DNA from: Gnetum montanum
Taxonomy: Eukaryota; Plantae; Gnetophyta
NCBI GenBank assembly: GCA_015680685.1
Contig: MNCI01000996.1
Location: forward strand, 63,371-127,370
DNA: 64,000 bases
Direction: 5' to 3'
Part shown: positions 53,401-64,000 of the stretch, in pieces
Position numbering within the stretch: position 1 is the stretch's first letter
How the letters are laid out: every line of letters starts with the position of its first letter
Notes under the pieces: model-generated
Seen by the model: the letters and a program-made list of their open reading frames with translations, nothing else
The model's database searches: none
What the model was told of the DNA's origin: nothing
Translations under genes and position numbers: made by a program

Positions 53401-53837
53401 GCTTTCTTTTCTTTTCTGCTTATTTCCATCGAATCTTGCTCTATTTCTAGTTTTCTTGTGGAACTATCTCTTTCTCTGGGGAAAATTAGGAGTAGATTAC
53501 GGAGTTGTGCTCAAATGTTTTTGCAAAATTTTATTTGTTACAAGTAGGTATTATAAGGACCGCGTAGACTAGGCAGTTGAACAAAATAAGAAATTTTCAA
53601 GAACTCACAGTACTTGACAAAGTTGGCTGAATCTCTTTAAAGTAAGTCATTTATAGTTCACACACAACACAATTGTTACATTTTACACAACCACACGCCG
53701 CAACAGCACACACACATACTCACATTAACTACTGAGTTTATTTGGAGGTATCTGGGCCTTGGTGTTTCCAGAGACCAGCAGGCACCTAAATCCTGTTCGA
53801 GGACACTTGTTGGCGGTCGCGTCCCAAACGGTCGCCA
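50431..53837 (-). mobile_element. Younger CpG-rich non-coding retroelement-like insert: PBS, leader, PPT, single LTR-like block
   Basis: PBS-like TGGCGACCGTTTGGGAC (53821-53837). PPT-like AGTCAAGGGGTAT (51863-51875) is directly followed by TGTGGATG at 51862. CpG is retained at 50500-51862 and 52890-53837. The left end is uncertain (50431, 50484 or 50534). Confidence 0.5.
51907..52890 (+). mobile_element. Truncated gypsy-type LTR fragment
   Basis: Starts TGTGAAGCCCC, internal ~47 bp duplication (52127-52172, 52442-52489), TATA-like CCTATAAAAAGG (~52533). No matching 3' terminus. Confidence 0.5.
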
Positions 53838-56499
53838 AAAATTTGAAATAGGTTGTTGGCTACACACTAAGTTTTCGTGACCACGCAACCAAAGTTTGTA
53901 GTGAAATTTACATGCTAGGTTTTGGAAAAATTCAAAATAAAATTTTTTCAAAGTTAAAAGCTAAAATAGATTGCAGATTATACGTTGGCCTTTGTGCACA
54001 CCCAAAATCCAATTTTGGAAAAGTTAAAAATGTAAGTTTGTTGGAGGTTGTACACTAGATTTTAAAACATCCAACTCCTAATAGAAAAAATAAGGTTTGA
54101 AAAACTGGCTATAAGCTATATGGTGCATTTTATAAAATCCAACACTTGATAGAAAAATAAAAAATGAACAACCTTTTTGTAGGTTAATGTTGGGCTTTAG
54201 GAAATCCTAGCACTTCACCATAAAAAAATAATTAGAATAAAGAAAAACTAGTATTAGGCCATATGTTGGGCTTTGGGAAAGCCCAACACTAATTTTAAAA
54301 TTGAAACAAAGCCCAAACAAGTTATAGGTACAACACTAGTTTTAAGGAAAAATCCAAAACAAATTTTTTGGTTGCAAGTGTAGGGTTGGTTTTGGGAAAA
54401 TCCAAAATAAAATTCATAGGTTACAGCTACAAAACATAAAGCCAACACTAATAGAAAAAATTTTGTAATAGGTTTTTAAGAAGAAGTTGAGTAGAGGCCT
54501 TCCTTCTAACACTAAAACAATTTTGTGTTGAGAAACCTAGAAAAATTTAGAGTGGAATAGTTTTAACCATAGATCCACATGCATTACAAAAAGGATCAAC
54601 AGTGCCCTAGATGGTCTTGTCAATCATGCAAGGACTTAAAGATCTATTACTAATGTGTTAATAAAAATAAAAAATGTATGCAATAGTGATTTAAGCACTA
54701 GATCTGATGAGCGAGAATAGAGAAATGAACAATGAATGTAGCAAAACAAAGAAAATTGAAACTTTGTATTAATGCATTGTAAAAAAAAGGTTTAGGAAAT
54801 ATAGATTGTGGGTTATAAAACCCAAGAACATGGAAATTTCTTTGATGCTTGATGTAAATAACAAGGTATATTCTATCATGAAGTTTATACTTCTTCTCTT
54901 GTCAATCTACTCTCAAACATTTTTTGCTTCAAGTCTACTCTACTTTGTATGATTAGTGCTAGGGGAGAAAATGATTACTAATTGTTGGGTATCTACACTA
55001 CTCTAAAAGTCTCAAGTTCAGCATGAATGTAGATTTATCAAAAGTTCTTTGAATGAAGAAAATTCTTATTTAAATAGGCTATTGTATCCTAATTTATGGC
55101 TGAGAAATTCTTCCATGATTATTGATAGATTTCTAGCAAATTATAGTGTGTTTAGGGCATATTTTAGTAGCATATGAGCAAATTTAACTAATTGTGTCTT
55201 GACACATTGCCCCCACACACTGTGAGATTGGGATGCCCAATGTGTGAGCTTAAAGTCCAAATCCTATACACCATCTCTGCATATTACCTACCATGCAGAA
55301 TTGCAATGCTCAACATGTGAAATTAAAATACCAAAGTTTGTAGCCTATAAAGCATTTTCAACCCTCATAAGCTGGGATACATAAAATTTGCAGCTTCCAC
55401 AAGTTGGAAGATAAGGCATTTATAGCTTATAAAGCATTTTCTTAGCCTCCACAAGTTGGTATGTATGAGGTCTATAGCATGTGAGCTAAAAATCTCAATT
55501 TTTACATTGAAAACTACCTTAAATTTAATTTATAAAGGGTCATAATGCAAGATTTTTTTAGGGAAAAGTAAGGAAATTGTATATGCCTTTATGTTTTCAC
55601 CAAAGTACAAAGAATTTCTGTGATGGGCAGTAACATGAATTTTTCTTTGGGGTGTTTCAAATAGATCCATTAGGAATAGATACTAAATTAGTTTTCATTC
55701 TATAAAAGGATGTTTTCTAAGTTTGCACTTTAGGGCTAGTAGGTTCATTATTCACTTGCAAATGAATTTCACCTACAAAGTAGCATTTCCTTCTTGTAGC
55801 TATAGTGGTAGCTTTGCTTGCATTTAGGATGAAGGCACAAAAGGTGAGAAAGTTTTAAATGAATAAGGTACCAAAGATTAGAATTGAGGAGTAGGTGTAA
55901 CATGTTGATGATATTTTAGAGGGTAATAATAATGTGTAGGAGAAGTAGGACTTGTTGAAAAGACTGTTTATTATACAAAATACTTGAAAGAATCTAGGTG
56001 GTGCTATGGATATGATTGTTGTAATGATAGCATCCCCTACAACTATGAAGTTTGCCTCTACTACTAATATGACTCTTGTGGTTGAGGTGCTACTCCTCTT
56101 GAATAATGAAACTGAAACTGATTTTTTATTTATGTTTAGTAAGATCTTCTAGAGTTGTCAAACTAGTTTGAGAATTACTTTTATAAATTTTTTTTTGTAC
56201 ATAACTCAATGTAGTTTACTAGAACCTATAACTATGTTTATTTATGATTACTTTGTGCATATGATTTTTAAAAAAATTTAAATTCAAAGAATAAGTATCT
56301 ATCTCTTGTATATTTATGATCATTTGGGATATCACAAGGTAAACACCCTTGGTATATTCATATTAATAGTGGGAAATGCTAAGTTATAAAGTTCTAATTA
56401 GACTATATATCTTAGGGTGTAGTTATATTATAATTATTTCAAGGTTCCAACACCCTTCTCACACTTCCACTCCCACTTAATAATATTCATAGTTAATGT

Positions 56500-58250
56500 T
56501 AATTTCTGTCTTTGAATTAGCTACTTTTTCATTTGTAGGTATTTGATGTAGAGACACCTCTTTTAATCTCCTTTTCACTTCCCTACAGATCCAAAAGATA
56601 TCTCTCCTAGGTTGGAGACATCTTCCACACATATGACATCAGTGGAAATGTCTCACCTCAATAGGGAACATCTCCCGCACCCAAGAGACATCTCTCTTGC
56701 AAGTTGGTTTTGATAGGTAGAAATCCTGAGAAAGATAGAGATGACCCATATGGCTAGAGAAAATTTCAAATTAGTAGTTTCAAATTAGGAAACAAATGAA
56801 TAAGAGGACAAAAAGATGAAAATAGTCAAAATTCTTCAAGTTGAGATTGGGAAAATACTTCTAGATTTCATATCTTGGTTTTCTAATAAATTTTAATATT
56901 GTTTCATGTTTTTTTCATGAAGGGTTGGTAAGAGATACCAAAAGAGTACATTGTATGAGTGCATGATTGTGGTTGCAACTTCAAGATCAATTGTATATGT
57001 GTTGGTCTATGTGTTCTTGTATTCCTAGTTATGTGTTGAGATCTTAGTCTTAAGTTATGGGAGATATTTCCTTTAGGTTATGCCTTGCATTGAAGATAAC
57101 CATTGTGTAATTTTGAAAAACCTCATTCTTTGAAATATCATGAGTGTGTATGAGTGTTTTGGATGTTTGTGAGATATGGAGCCATATTATAATCTTCTCT
57201 ACATTAATTTAAGGTAGCTAGTTTTCTTATTTTCTAACATATTGAATTATCTTTTATAATATTTTGATTTATTGGAATTAAAGATTAAGTTTTATTGGAA
57301 TGAACCTACTCTAGCATTATTAGTATTAGAGATTTTGGTTGATTATTGCTAGGAAATTAGTTGTAGAATTTTGTTAAATTTAGATAGCGCCTAATAAAAA
57401 ATAGGTTCAAGCCTTGAATAGAGACATATAACACTAGAGTAGGTTTACTCCAATATCATTTAGCCTTTAATCCTACTAAACCTAGATATTATAAAAGAGA
57501 ATTCAATATGATATAAAATAAGAAAACTAGCTATATTCAATTAATATAAGGAAGATTATAATAGATCTTTACAATATACAAACATCCAAAATACTCACAT
57601 ACACTCATAATATTATAGAGCATGAGGCTCTACAACCATAAAATGATTTTGTTTAATGAAAGGTACAACTAAAAGAGAGTCTTTCCAATTACTTAGGATT
57701 GAGATTTCAACACAAGCAAGAATATAAGAATACATATACCAACACATACACAATTGACCCTAGAGCTATAACCATAAATATGCACTTAAATAACATGCTT
57801 TCTTAACATCTCTTACCAACTCTCCATGAAAAAAGCATGAAACAACAAGAAAATTTATTGGAAGACTAAGATATAAAACTTAGAAACCTTTCTCCATGCT
57901 CAACTTAAGGAAGTTTGATTATTTTCATCTTTTTTTATTTTATCTAACTATTTTCCAATTTGTAATTGCCAATTTGGAAGTTTTCTTGGCCATACAAATT
58001 ATCTTTGACTTCCTTAGGATGTCTTACTATCAAAACGAAATTATAGAAGAGAAGTCTCCTAGGTGTAGGAGATGTCTTCTATTAAGATGAGATGTCTTCA
58101 ATTTGGTTGAGGTGTCTATGTGTGGAAGACATCTCATCAAAGACATTTCCAATCTAGAAGATATGTTTCTTGAATTTAACAAACATCTTGTATGAAGACT
58201 TAACTCTCAACCAAGACATCTCCTTAACCTCCAAGACATCTCCATAGTTC
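56500..58250. repeat. Long imperfect inverted repeat of two LTR-like arms (~56500-57314 and ~57433-58250)
   Basis: Arms are reverse-complementary throughout, e.g. GAGTGTTTTGGATGTTTG versus CAAACATCCAAAATACTC and ACCTACTCTAG versus CTAGAGTAGGT. GAGACATCTC repeats sit at both outer ends. Spacer ~120 bp. Confidence 0.8.
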
Positions 58251-58251
58251 T

Positions 58252-61200
58252 TGATGAGTGGCAAGGTATCCCTACACTCAACCATATAAATACGAGTGTA
58301 GCACGGGTGATTCAGTTGAACTTCACAGACTAAGTGACTACACACCTTATGGAACACTTAAGGTTAATCATTCGTTGTCTTCCTAGAATTAATTGTAGTT
58401 GTCATGATTGTATGGTTAAGTAAGTCTGAGGTATGTGATTTTTATGTCTTTTATGTTTTATCTCCTATGCTGACAAGGTGAAGGGTGAAGAGACTAATTT
58501 ACTAACTTTAACTAACTAAGTCTTAATTAACCTAGGATCAGCATCTGTTCCCACTTACTGTTCACACCCTAGACTAATGCAACCTTGGTTACCAAATGCT
58601 AGTCGTTGCTGGGATCACCAAGTGTAATGCACGTGCTTGAAGTGGTTGTATTGAGGCACTTAACTAGGAGAGAAGGGTTGAGAGATTTAATTAACTAATA
58701 AAGCATTTAAATAATGAATAATAAATGATAGTAAATAAAATCCTAATTAGCCTATTCCATGCACTGCAAGGTTTACCCAAGAAGTTCATCTTTATTTCCA
58801 TACACAAACTTGTGTTCAGGTACAATATTTGCTCGAATAAAGATTTGTTCACTTTGGAGTTCCTACTATGGATACATGGAAATTATTCCATCTCTGGAGA
58901 GGTAAAATTGCTAGAGTTTTGCTATGGTCTAGGCCTAGATGTGGAACAAGGAAGAGCTACCTCTTATTTATAGACTTGGCAGCGCACCACGATATAGCGT
59001 ATGCGATATTGCAGGGGAAGACGTGATATCGCATACCCGATATTGCGTGCGATGCGATATCGCGGTGGCCGCAATATCGCGTATGTGATATCGCGGCCCA
59101 TGTGATATCGCATCCCATCATACCCCCATGACTAAATGAAATCTCATCCTTGAGTTCTTTACAAAATATTGGGAAGGTATGGGATTATTGACTCAAATGG
59201 AACTAATGGTGAATGGGATGACATGTGAACGGATCATCATTATAAGACATGGCAAAGCTACTGTTCATGAAAACAAGAGTGAACACCTTATTACATTTGA
59301 CATTAGGCCTTATTTGGTAGCTGAGAGAGAAGAGAAAAGATTAAATAAGTCTTGCTGTTGACAATGCCAATATTGCACCTTTCGTTGTCCATCCGTAACC
59401 GCATCATCGATCTCATTCTTTACCTAGCTACTTCAGCATCGATCCATTCCAAGTGTTCCCTCTAGATCCAATCCATTGTTGCATGATTTCCATCTGGACA
59501 CACAACATAGTCTTATATTAGCAAGGGTAAATGAATCATCATGTAATTGATACCCTGCCTCAGTGAAAGGTCCATTTGTTGGGTTGTGGTATGGCTGATT
59601 GCGGATCTGGAGATATATTAATGATGACTACCGAAGGTGTAGGGGTTAGGAGAAAATTGAAAAAATTGGGCCTCGTACCCCCATGACTAATCGTGAACCT
59701 CCGGTAGCGAGAGAATGGAGAAGGAAAAAGAACAAGAAAGATGGGGAAAAAAGAAACAACTGTAATGTCGGTGAAGTAGATGTCAAGATGGAAATGAAAA
59801 AAATAAAGTAGATTGCAAAAATGTTAAGGAAAATAATTTAACAGATGCACCAAATAGGAATGCCAGTGGTTCCTCCCCAAAGTAGGCTCATGTCCTTAAT
59901 GCTCTGACAAACCCACATTCAAAGAGTCCGTAGGCTCTAGGAATGTCCTTTGGAACAAGAGTTAAAGTCTTAACCACAAGAATTTATGAAAAAGAAAACA
60001 ATGCATCTACCAAAATATACACTGATTATACAATCGGTAATGAGGTGAATAATGGAGGAAGAATGATGGAAATGAGAGAATGGAATGGAGTCTTAAGAAC
60101 AAGGTGGTGTACAGCCCCTTGTGTATCTCATGATTAATGTGACTTGGTAGATCTCATTCCAAATCGAGCCTCAAACAAACCACATCCAGTGACTTCACAT
60201 CAATGCATTTGGCCAATCCATCCTCTTGAATAGCAAGAATGCGTCCCCCAAGAGTCACCACCATTCCGGTGAAACAAAGGAGGAGAGAATGGGAAGCGAG
60301 AAGGGACTTAGTTACAGGGAATGTGTTTATTTGAGTTCCATAACTAGTGCTTGTAGTCCAAGGGATATTTTTTCTAAGGGGTGTGCTTTGAATTCTCATG
60401 TCTTTTTTCTTCTTTTTTGTTTGTTTTATGTGTTTATGCATGAGAACCACACCATGAAAAGACTTTATTATTTTTATTAGCTCAACTTCCTGATAATTGA
60501 GTGACATCGGAACGATAAGAAAACTCATGAAGAAAACATCCAAGAACCCAAGAGAATGGCCAACACAAATGCATCAAGTTCCCTTGAAGTCACATCCTTT
60601 TCAATCCTTGAGTCCTTCCTTAGTTTTAGAAATACCCAGTCACCAGTTTGTTAATGTTCTTATTAGAAAGGGACTATACATTTTCAAGCCAAGAGAGACC
60701 ATAGACTTTTGTGGATGAATGGATGAAGTGGACTCATTGCCTATCATATCAAAAGAAAAATGCCTTAGTATCACATCATAATTTAAAGGTAAAAACCAAA
60801 CATTAGCAATCAATAGGAAAACAATTCATACCATCATAAAGAACATTTATTGGGTGAAAAATTTACAAGATGGATAACACACACACAAACACACACAAAA
60901 AATGAAAAAGTATAACGATGTTGTGAAAAAAAAACCAGAAAAGTTAAAGAAATTTTTAAAACAAGAATGTGCAAAAAAAAAAAAATGCGTAAAACAAAAA
61001 CGTGTAAAACAAAAATGTGTAAAACAAAAACGTGTAAAAAAAAACATGTAAAAGAAAAATGTGTAAAAAAAAAATGTGTAAAACAAAAATGTGTAAAACA
61101 AAAACGTGTAAAAAAAATGTGTAAAAAAAAAGTAAAAAGAACTGAGGGCCTCCAATGATCAGCATAAGTGGCCATCTCCCCCATGACTGAATGGAAAGGG

Positions 61201-64000
61201 AGAGATCTAAAATAATGAACGGCTATTTGAATTTTTCAAAAGTGTCAAACTTCTCCTAACTAATGTTCTTAGATTAAGGGATGGAAGTTGGTGACGCTCA
61301 TATTCCAATGTGTCTATGCCTTCATTGTTAGTGTGGGTTGTTTCCCTAGTTCATTCCATGCATGTTGATGGGTTGCTCTTTTGTTTAGTTTTCAACCATG
61401 GGGTATCCACTTTTTGTGTGGTTGCTACATATAGACACCTTTGTATCTAAGTCTCTTCGCCACACTAGTTGCATGGAAGAGATGCTGAGCATTCCTCTAT
61501 GTCATCACCCTCTGAGTCACTATATGTGATGCACAAACCTTTTTTCTTCTTGATCTTTTCATAAATGTTTACCTTAGATATCTCTAAGGAAAGATCATGG
61601 ATCCCTAGGTACGCATCTATTGTACTCAGCCATGGCCTTTCCATTATAATTGGGAAGCCCCTATTGTTACTGTTAACTTCTATCACCAGGAAATTAATGG
61701 GGTATTACAACCACACACAGTGATAACTATGTCCTCCACCAATCCCAAGGAAATGGTGATGGACTGGTCAGCCAGCTCAAGTTGAATATTTCTCTTCTTA
61801 AGTTGGGGCAGCTTCCAAGCTTGATACATTTCTTGTGAGATTAAGTTGACTCTGAAACCTGAGTCAATAAGAGCCTTATGTGGCTCATTCCTGATGACTT
61901 GTAGGTAGATTAAGGGGCTTCCAAGATTAAAGAGTTTCCTAGGAATGTGACCTACCTTGATCCAATCGATAACAATATGCATTAACATAACCGTATGCGT
62001 GAAGCTCTATTGTTGGACTGAAGGAGGCCCCGAAGTGTTATTTGTTGGAGGAGCATGTACAGACTTAACTGCTTGTTGTTGTGAGAGCTTGCCTGGGCTT
62101 TTGGTTTTGAAGAAAGATCTTCTTTTCTTGTGGTTTTCAGAACTAGCAGTGGGTTGAATGTTTACAGCTCTCGTAGCATTATGTTGCTGCAGTTGAGTCG
62201 GGAGTTCCCCTTGCATTGTTGGAGTAGGTGGTAGTGGAACTACTGGCGGAAGAGTGGCGAATGGATTTGGAGGATGGTATGGATGTGGAGCATCTCCTGG
62301 AGGAGAAGGAGTCCTTCTAAAATACTCTTGAACTTGGTAGTGACGTTGGGGAGTTGTATGACCCATAGAGTCACTTGGAGAAACTGGCTAATACATGTAA
62401 TAGCCATAAGGATTAGGTTGCCAGTAAGGGTATCGTTGTCTAGGCGGTGGCATCCCCCATGATTGTGGGTGTTGCCACTATTGATGTTGCTCGATAGGTT
62501 GTGGTGGAGTTCCACTTAGATAGTACGTTAATGGTTGGTGGAATTGTCTTGGGTTACCTTGGGGATAAGATAACCTTTAGGGTGCTTGCCGTTGGTTAAG
62601 TCTTGGGTTAAGTTCATACACCCCAGAGTCTTGCAGATGTGAGATGATTGGACAACATCCCTTAGGATGGTCATATTGACAGATATCACATCCACCGTCA
62701 TTGTCTATGTATGAGCCCACAACCTCATCAGAGATAGTTATTTTCCCTTACCATTGTTACATGCATGGCCTGCATCTCTCTGCTTTTTCTTATTAGAGTC
62801 ACTACCTCATTCCACCTTAGACTCCTCTACAATTTTTAGGATAGTTTCAAGTCTAGAGTCTAAGGAATCCAACAATTGATCCACCTTAGCCAACACTTTG
62901 GTTGTTAACTTCTGGAGTGGCAAGGTTTTTTATTCACCAACTCTTCGAGTGGTGACTCATCCTCCTCATCATAAAATCTCACTCCCTTCTTTTGAAGGGA
63001 AGGATTGCAGTTATATTCTTCCACGCTACTTACTCCAACAAGCAATGGATTTCATGGACTCTAAGTTCTAATAATCTCCCTTGGGAATAAGTCCCAAGGG
63101 TTCTCCTAGTTTCATACCTTAGCCCATCTACGAGGTGGTGGAGTTGATCCCGCTATGCATAACCATGGCCCGGGCAACAATGTAGCAATGCGTAGTATCA
63201 GCCCATGGTAGCATCCAAGGGTTCATGGGTACCTTGTTTCCATCCTTGGATTTGCTTATGTAAGTTAGACACTCTGGAGTACATTTGGTATTTATCATTG
63301 AACAATTCTAACATCGTACTCCATCTCCTAATGGTTTCCGGTTCTAAGGACCGGTACTAACTCTCTGCTTCTTTTATGAATATCCTAGGAAATAACATTA
63401 GTTTCTACCACTCGTTCTCTATGTTTTGAAAGGCACAAGCATCATGGAATTCTTGTAAATGATTCTCCAGATCAGCGTTGTATCACTCTTCGAAGCGTGG
63501 GATATTATTCAGGTCTAAGCACTTGATCTGACTATCTTTCTGATGCCTTGTGGGTATCCTAACGACCTTCGTAATATCTAGCATACTTTAGGTGGCAAGT
63601 AGGGGTTCATCATGATCATCTCTTTCATGACATCTATGATGTATATGTTGGTCCCTACTTTCCCTTCGTTCATGCTCTTGTCCTCGCTCTCGAGTCTCTC
63701 GTCAAGGTCTCTCTTTTGACTACCTCTATCCTCACTATTATGCTCTTGGTGGCTGTGCCCAGATGTGGAAGGAGAGGGTGAGTGATGTGATGAAGGGAAA
63801 GAAGAAGGAGAACCATCGCCATGATGATGCTTCTTACCTTCTCTTCGGTTGCTACAACGCTGATCGTGATAACAATTTAAGTGTCCATCCTTACCATGTG
63901 TTGTTGTTCCCTCAGTGAATAATTGGTGTTCACAGGGATCAGAACTAGGGTTGTGTATCATGGAGCATAGGTTCTGATACACCACCTCCTCACCATCGTT
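58252..64000 (-). mobile_element. Youngest Athila-like element: 3' LTR 58252-59120, gag and PR, no RT/INT; continues past the window
   Basis: LTR TGATGGG..CACTCATCA, PPT AGTCATGGGGGTA (59121-59133), PR ALIDSGFRVNLI and FPIIMERPWL (61465-61988), gag DQLHHLVDGL (~63125) and CDICQYDH (~62680). CpG partly retained. Confidence 0.9.
60965..61135. repeat. 15-bp minisatellite (YGTGTAAAACAAAAA), about 11 units
   Basis: Directly visible tandem units. It accounts for the low-complexity ORFs at 60834-61184. Confidence 0.9.

Larger units (their letters stand above)
32208..55659 (-). mobile_element. Ogre/Tat-like Ty3/gypsy element, 23.45 kb
   Basis: LTRs 32208-33345 and ~54505-55659 (roughly 80% identical by eye, both ending GGGGTGTTTCA), perfect TSD AATAG (32203-32207, 55660-55664), PPT CAAAGAGGGACTCA (33346-33359), domain order gag-PR-[spacer]-RT-RH-aRH-INT. 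Confidence 0.9.

Noticed and set aside
53210-53420. Minus-strand peptide QICVDLKYLNKV..TTTYETPF resembling RT
   Set aside because: Catalytic Asp motifs are absent or misplaced, stops are frequent in otherwise young-looking DNA, and RT directly after a PBS is implausible.
54703-54726. CTGATGAG..GAAA hammerhead-like core (also CTGATGAG at 737)
   Set aside because: No stem II pairing, and the sister LTR reads CCAATGAG. The site at 737 is simply an LTR start.
60834-61184. Hydrophobic and Lys/Cys-rich ORFs
   Set aside because: They are translations of the 15-bp minisatellite.

Overview
AT-rich plant-type heterochromatin made almost entirely of nested, decayed LTR retrotransposons. No intact cellular gene, rRNA, tRNA or CRISPR array is supported, and nearly all short ORFs in the track are retroelement fragments, antisense shadows or N-gap artefacts. 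CpG and CHG depletion and many TAG/TAA/TGA stops fit long-term methylation-driven deamination. Main components: (1) an Athila-like Ty3/gypsy family with ~0.76-0.88 kb TGATG..CATCA LTRs, seen as two TSD-flanked solo LTRs, a complete pol-less element (24212-31709), a younger gag-PR element running off the right edge, and older gag-pol remnants; (2) a pol-less Sirevirus-like Ty1/copia (11786-16846, TSD TAAAC); (3) a 23.4 kb Ogre/Tat-like element (32208-55659, TSD AATAG) whose PR-RT spacer is a putative ~8.3 kb intron holding a ~190 bp palindrome array and an antisense, apparently spliced plant-mobile-domain (PMD)-like gene; (4) a CpG-rich younger insert (~50.4-53.8 kb) with one LTR-like block and a PPT that ends exactly at a tRNA-Arg-like PBS, as does a second copy at 1-219. 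Items 3 and 4 are the best candidates for something undescribed. All alignments and identities were done by eye.
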